Of a stretch of DNA of 64,000 nt, positions 62,772 through 64,000 are shown in pieces. The notes beneath the pieces are model-generated. The model had not been told where the DNA came from and made no database searches. It was given only the letters and a program-made list of their open reading frames with translations. The stretch is from contig CAVQGY010000002.1 of NCBI GenBank assembly GCA_963712165.1, forward strand, positions 1,094,611 through 1,158,610, in the 5' to 3' direction. Every line of letters begins with the position of its first letter. Position 1 is the stretch's first letter. A program made the position numbers and the translations under genes. Source of the stretch: an uncultured Chloroflexia bacterium (GTDB taxonomy: Bacteria > Chloroflexota > Anaerolineae > Anaerolineales > UBA11858).

Positions 62772-63048
62772 GACACGCTTGCATGCCAGAGTGATCGGCA
62801 GGGTGCAGGGGGTTGGTTTCCGCTACTTTGTTTTAAGTGCAGCGACTGAGCTGGGCTTATCTGGTTGGGTTAGAAATCGCCGGGACGGTTCTGTGGAGGT
62901 CCTGGCTGAGGGGGATCTGGATCAGTTGAAAAAGCTGGTGGGCGCCCTTGAACGCGGCTCTCGATCGTCTGCTGTCAGGGAAGTGAAATCAAAACTGCAG
63001 CCAGCTACCGGTGAATTTGGTTCTTTTTATGTAAGCCCCACATTCTAA
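62755..63048 (+). CDS. acyP: acylphosphatase
   Basis: VIGRVQGVGFRYF, GWVRNRRDGSVEV. Overlaps the preceding gene by 17 nt. Confidence 0.88.
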   Translation: MNSTPETRLHARVIGRVQGVGFRYFVLSAATELGLSGWVRNRRDGSVEVLAEGDLDQLKKLVGALERGSRSSAVREVKSKLQPATGEFGSFYVSPTF

Positions 63049-63752
63049 GACTCAGAAAAACCTAATCCGCGCCGGTTGAGGGAAATGAACTTTCCCTGCC
63101 CGATGATCAAATGATCAAGCACCTGGATATCAAGCAGCTTGCCGGCTTCGATCATCACCTTTGTGATAGCAATATCGTCCGGACTGGGGGAAGGATCCCC
63201 GCTGGGATGGTTATGAATGACAATGATCGCGGCGGCATTTTCGCGGATGGCAGGCCGGAAGAGTTCGCCGACCCGTACCTGAGAAGAATTCAGGGAACCC
63301 TGATAGATGGTTTTGATGCCCAGGACGTGATTGCGGGTGTTCAGGAGGAGTACCCGGAGCTGTTCCTGATCCAGGGCGCTCATTTCATATTGGACAAGAT
63401 CGGCAGCATCCTCCGGGCTGTGCACTACAGGCCTGTCTATGCTGGTTTGGCTGGCCAGCCTCCGTCCCAGATCGATGGCTGCTTTGATCTGAGCAGCCTT
63501 GGCCTCTCCTATCCCGTGCTGGGCACGGATTTCAGCAAAGCTCGCCCTTTGCAGACCTGCCAGCCCGTTGAATTCACGCAGCAGCCGCTGTCCGATCTGG
63601 ATGGCGTTCTCCCCCTCCACACCAACCCGCAGCAGGATCGCAAGCAGCTCAGCTGTGCTCAGCACATTGGCGCCCATTTTGGCCAAACGCTCTCGGGGCC
63701 TCTCTAGGATTTGAATATCCTTGATCCTGGAATTTGTAGATGAACTTTCCAT
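63045..63752 (-). CDS. radC: RadC-family (JAB/MPN domain) protein
   Basis: N-terminal HhH region (ELLAILLRVG) and JAMM motif HNHPSGDPSPSPDD. ATG 63752 follows GGAGGGGG. Confidence 0.88.
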   Translation of the reverse strand: MESSSTNSRIKDIQILERPRERLAKMGANVLSTAELLAILLRVGVEGENAIQIGQRLLREFNGLAGLQRASFAEIRAQHGIGEAKAAQIKAAIDLGRRLASQTSIDRPVVHSPEDAADLVQYEMSALDQEQLRVLLLNTRNHVLGIKTIYQGSLNSSQVRVGELFRPAIRENAAAIIVIHNHPSGDPSPSPDDIAITKVMIEAGKLLDIQVLDHLIIGQGKFISLNRRGLGFSES

Positions 63753-63881
63753 ATCCCCCTCCAATATTTAATCTGTGTTCTTTATACAAAAGATTAGCTG
63801 GAAGGACAAGGGAATAGGGAGAATTTCCCCTGGTATGTCTGAGATTGAAATAAGGTATAATCGGAACCGAGGAGGCCTTAA

Positions 63882-64000
63882 ATGAGTTTCAATCCCGGGT
63901 TCCTGAGCAATTTCCTTCTGGTCGCGACCGCATTAGGTGCTGCCTTCCTGGCAGCTCTCTGGCTGAGTTTGATCGTCTGGACGTATCGTGACATCCGCAA
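63882..64000 (+). CDS. hypothetical membrane protein, N-terminal fragment (continues beyond the window)
   Basis: ATG follows GAGGAGG. MSFNPGFLSNFLLVATALGAAFLAALWLSLIVWTYRDIR. Confidence 0.5.
   Translation, partial: MSFNPGFLSNFLLVATALGAAFLAALWLSLIVWTYRDIR

Overview
This is a 64-kb chromosomal window that is mostly housekeeping genes, at mid-50s %GC by eye (not computed). Gene content and protein sequences suggest a Chloroflexota/Anaerolineae-like organism, but that is inference only.

Recognisable content:
- DNA repair and quality control: uvrC (reading frame broken at a G7A5 run), xseA, clpB, an SbcD-like nuclease, ftsK and radC.
- A Firmicute-like translation cluster: PIN/TRAM protein (YacL-like), cysS, rlmB, tRNA-Thr/Tyr/Thr, tuf, rpmG, tRNA-Trp, secE, nusG, rplK, rplA, rplJ, rplL. 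It is not followed by rpoBC.
- Other housekeeping genes: gatB, galE, rnz, ftsZ, a mevalonate-pathway decarboxylase and rseP.
- Many predicted lipoproteins and hydrolases.

I saw no rRNA, CRISPR array, transposase, integrase or reverse transcriptase.

Observations most worth following up:
1. A near-consensus promoter carries two Gram-positive-type LexA (SOS) boxes. It drives an uncharacterised 4-TM membrane protein plus an SLT lytic transglycosylase. This may be a new SOS-induced envelope or division module.
2. Two diverged copies of a two-gene cassette (polytopic membrane protein plus a translationally coupled winged-helix regulator) each have their own consensus promoter and palindrome.
3. 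Two tandem paralogous small ORFs sit behind a consensus promoter.
4. A tandem duplication with a ~215-220 bp period (three galE-tail copies) downstream of galE preserves a 65-nt perfectly identical core.
5. The uvrC frameshift lies exactly on a G_GGA_AAA slippery heptamer.
6. An AT-rich one-gene islet sits between tRNA-Val and a degenerate copy of that tRNA's 3' half.

All family assignments come from reading motifs in the translations. No database search was run.
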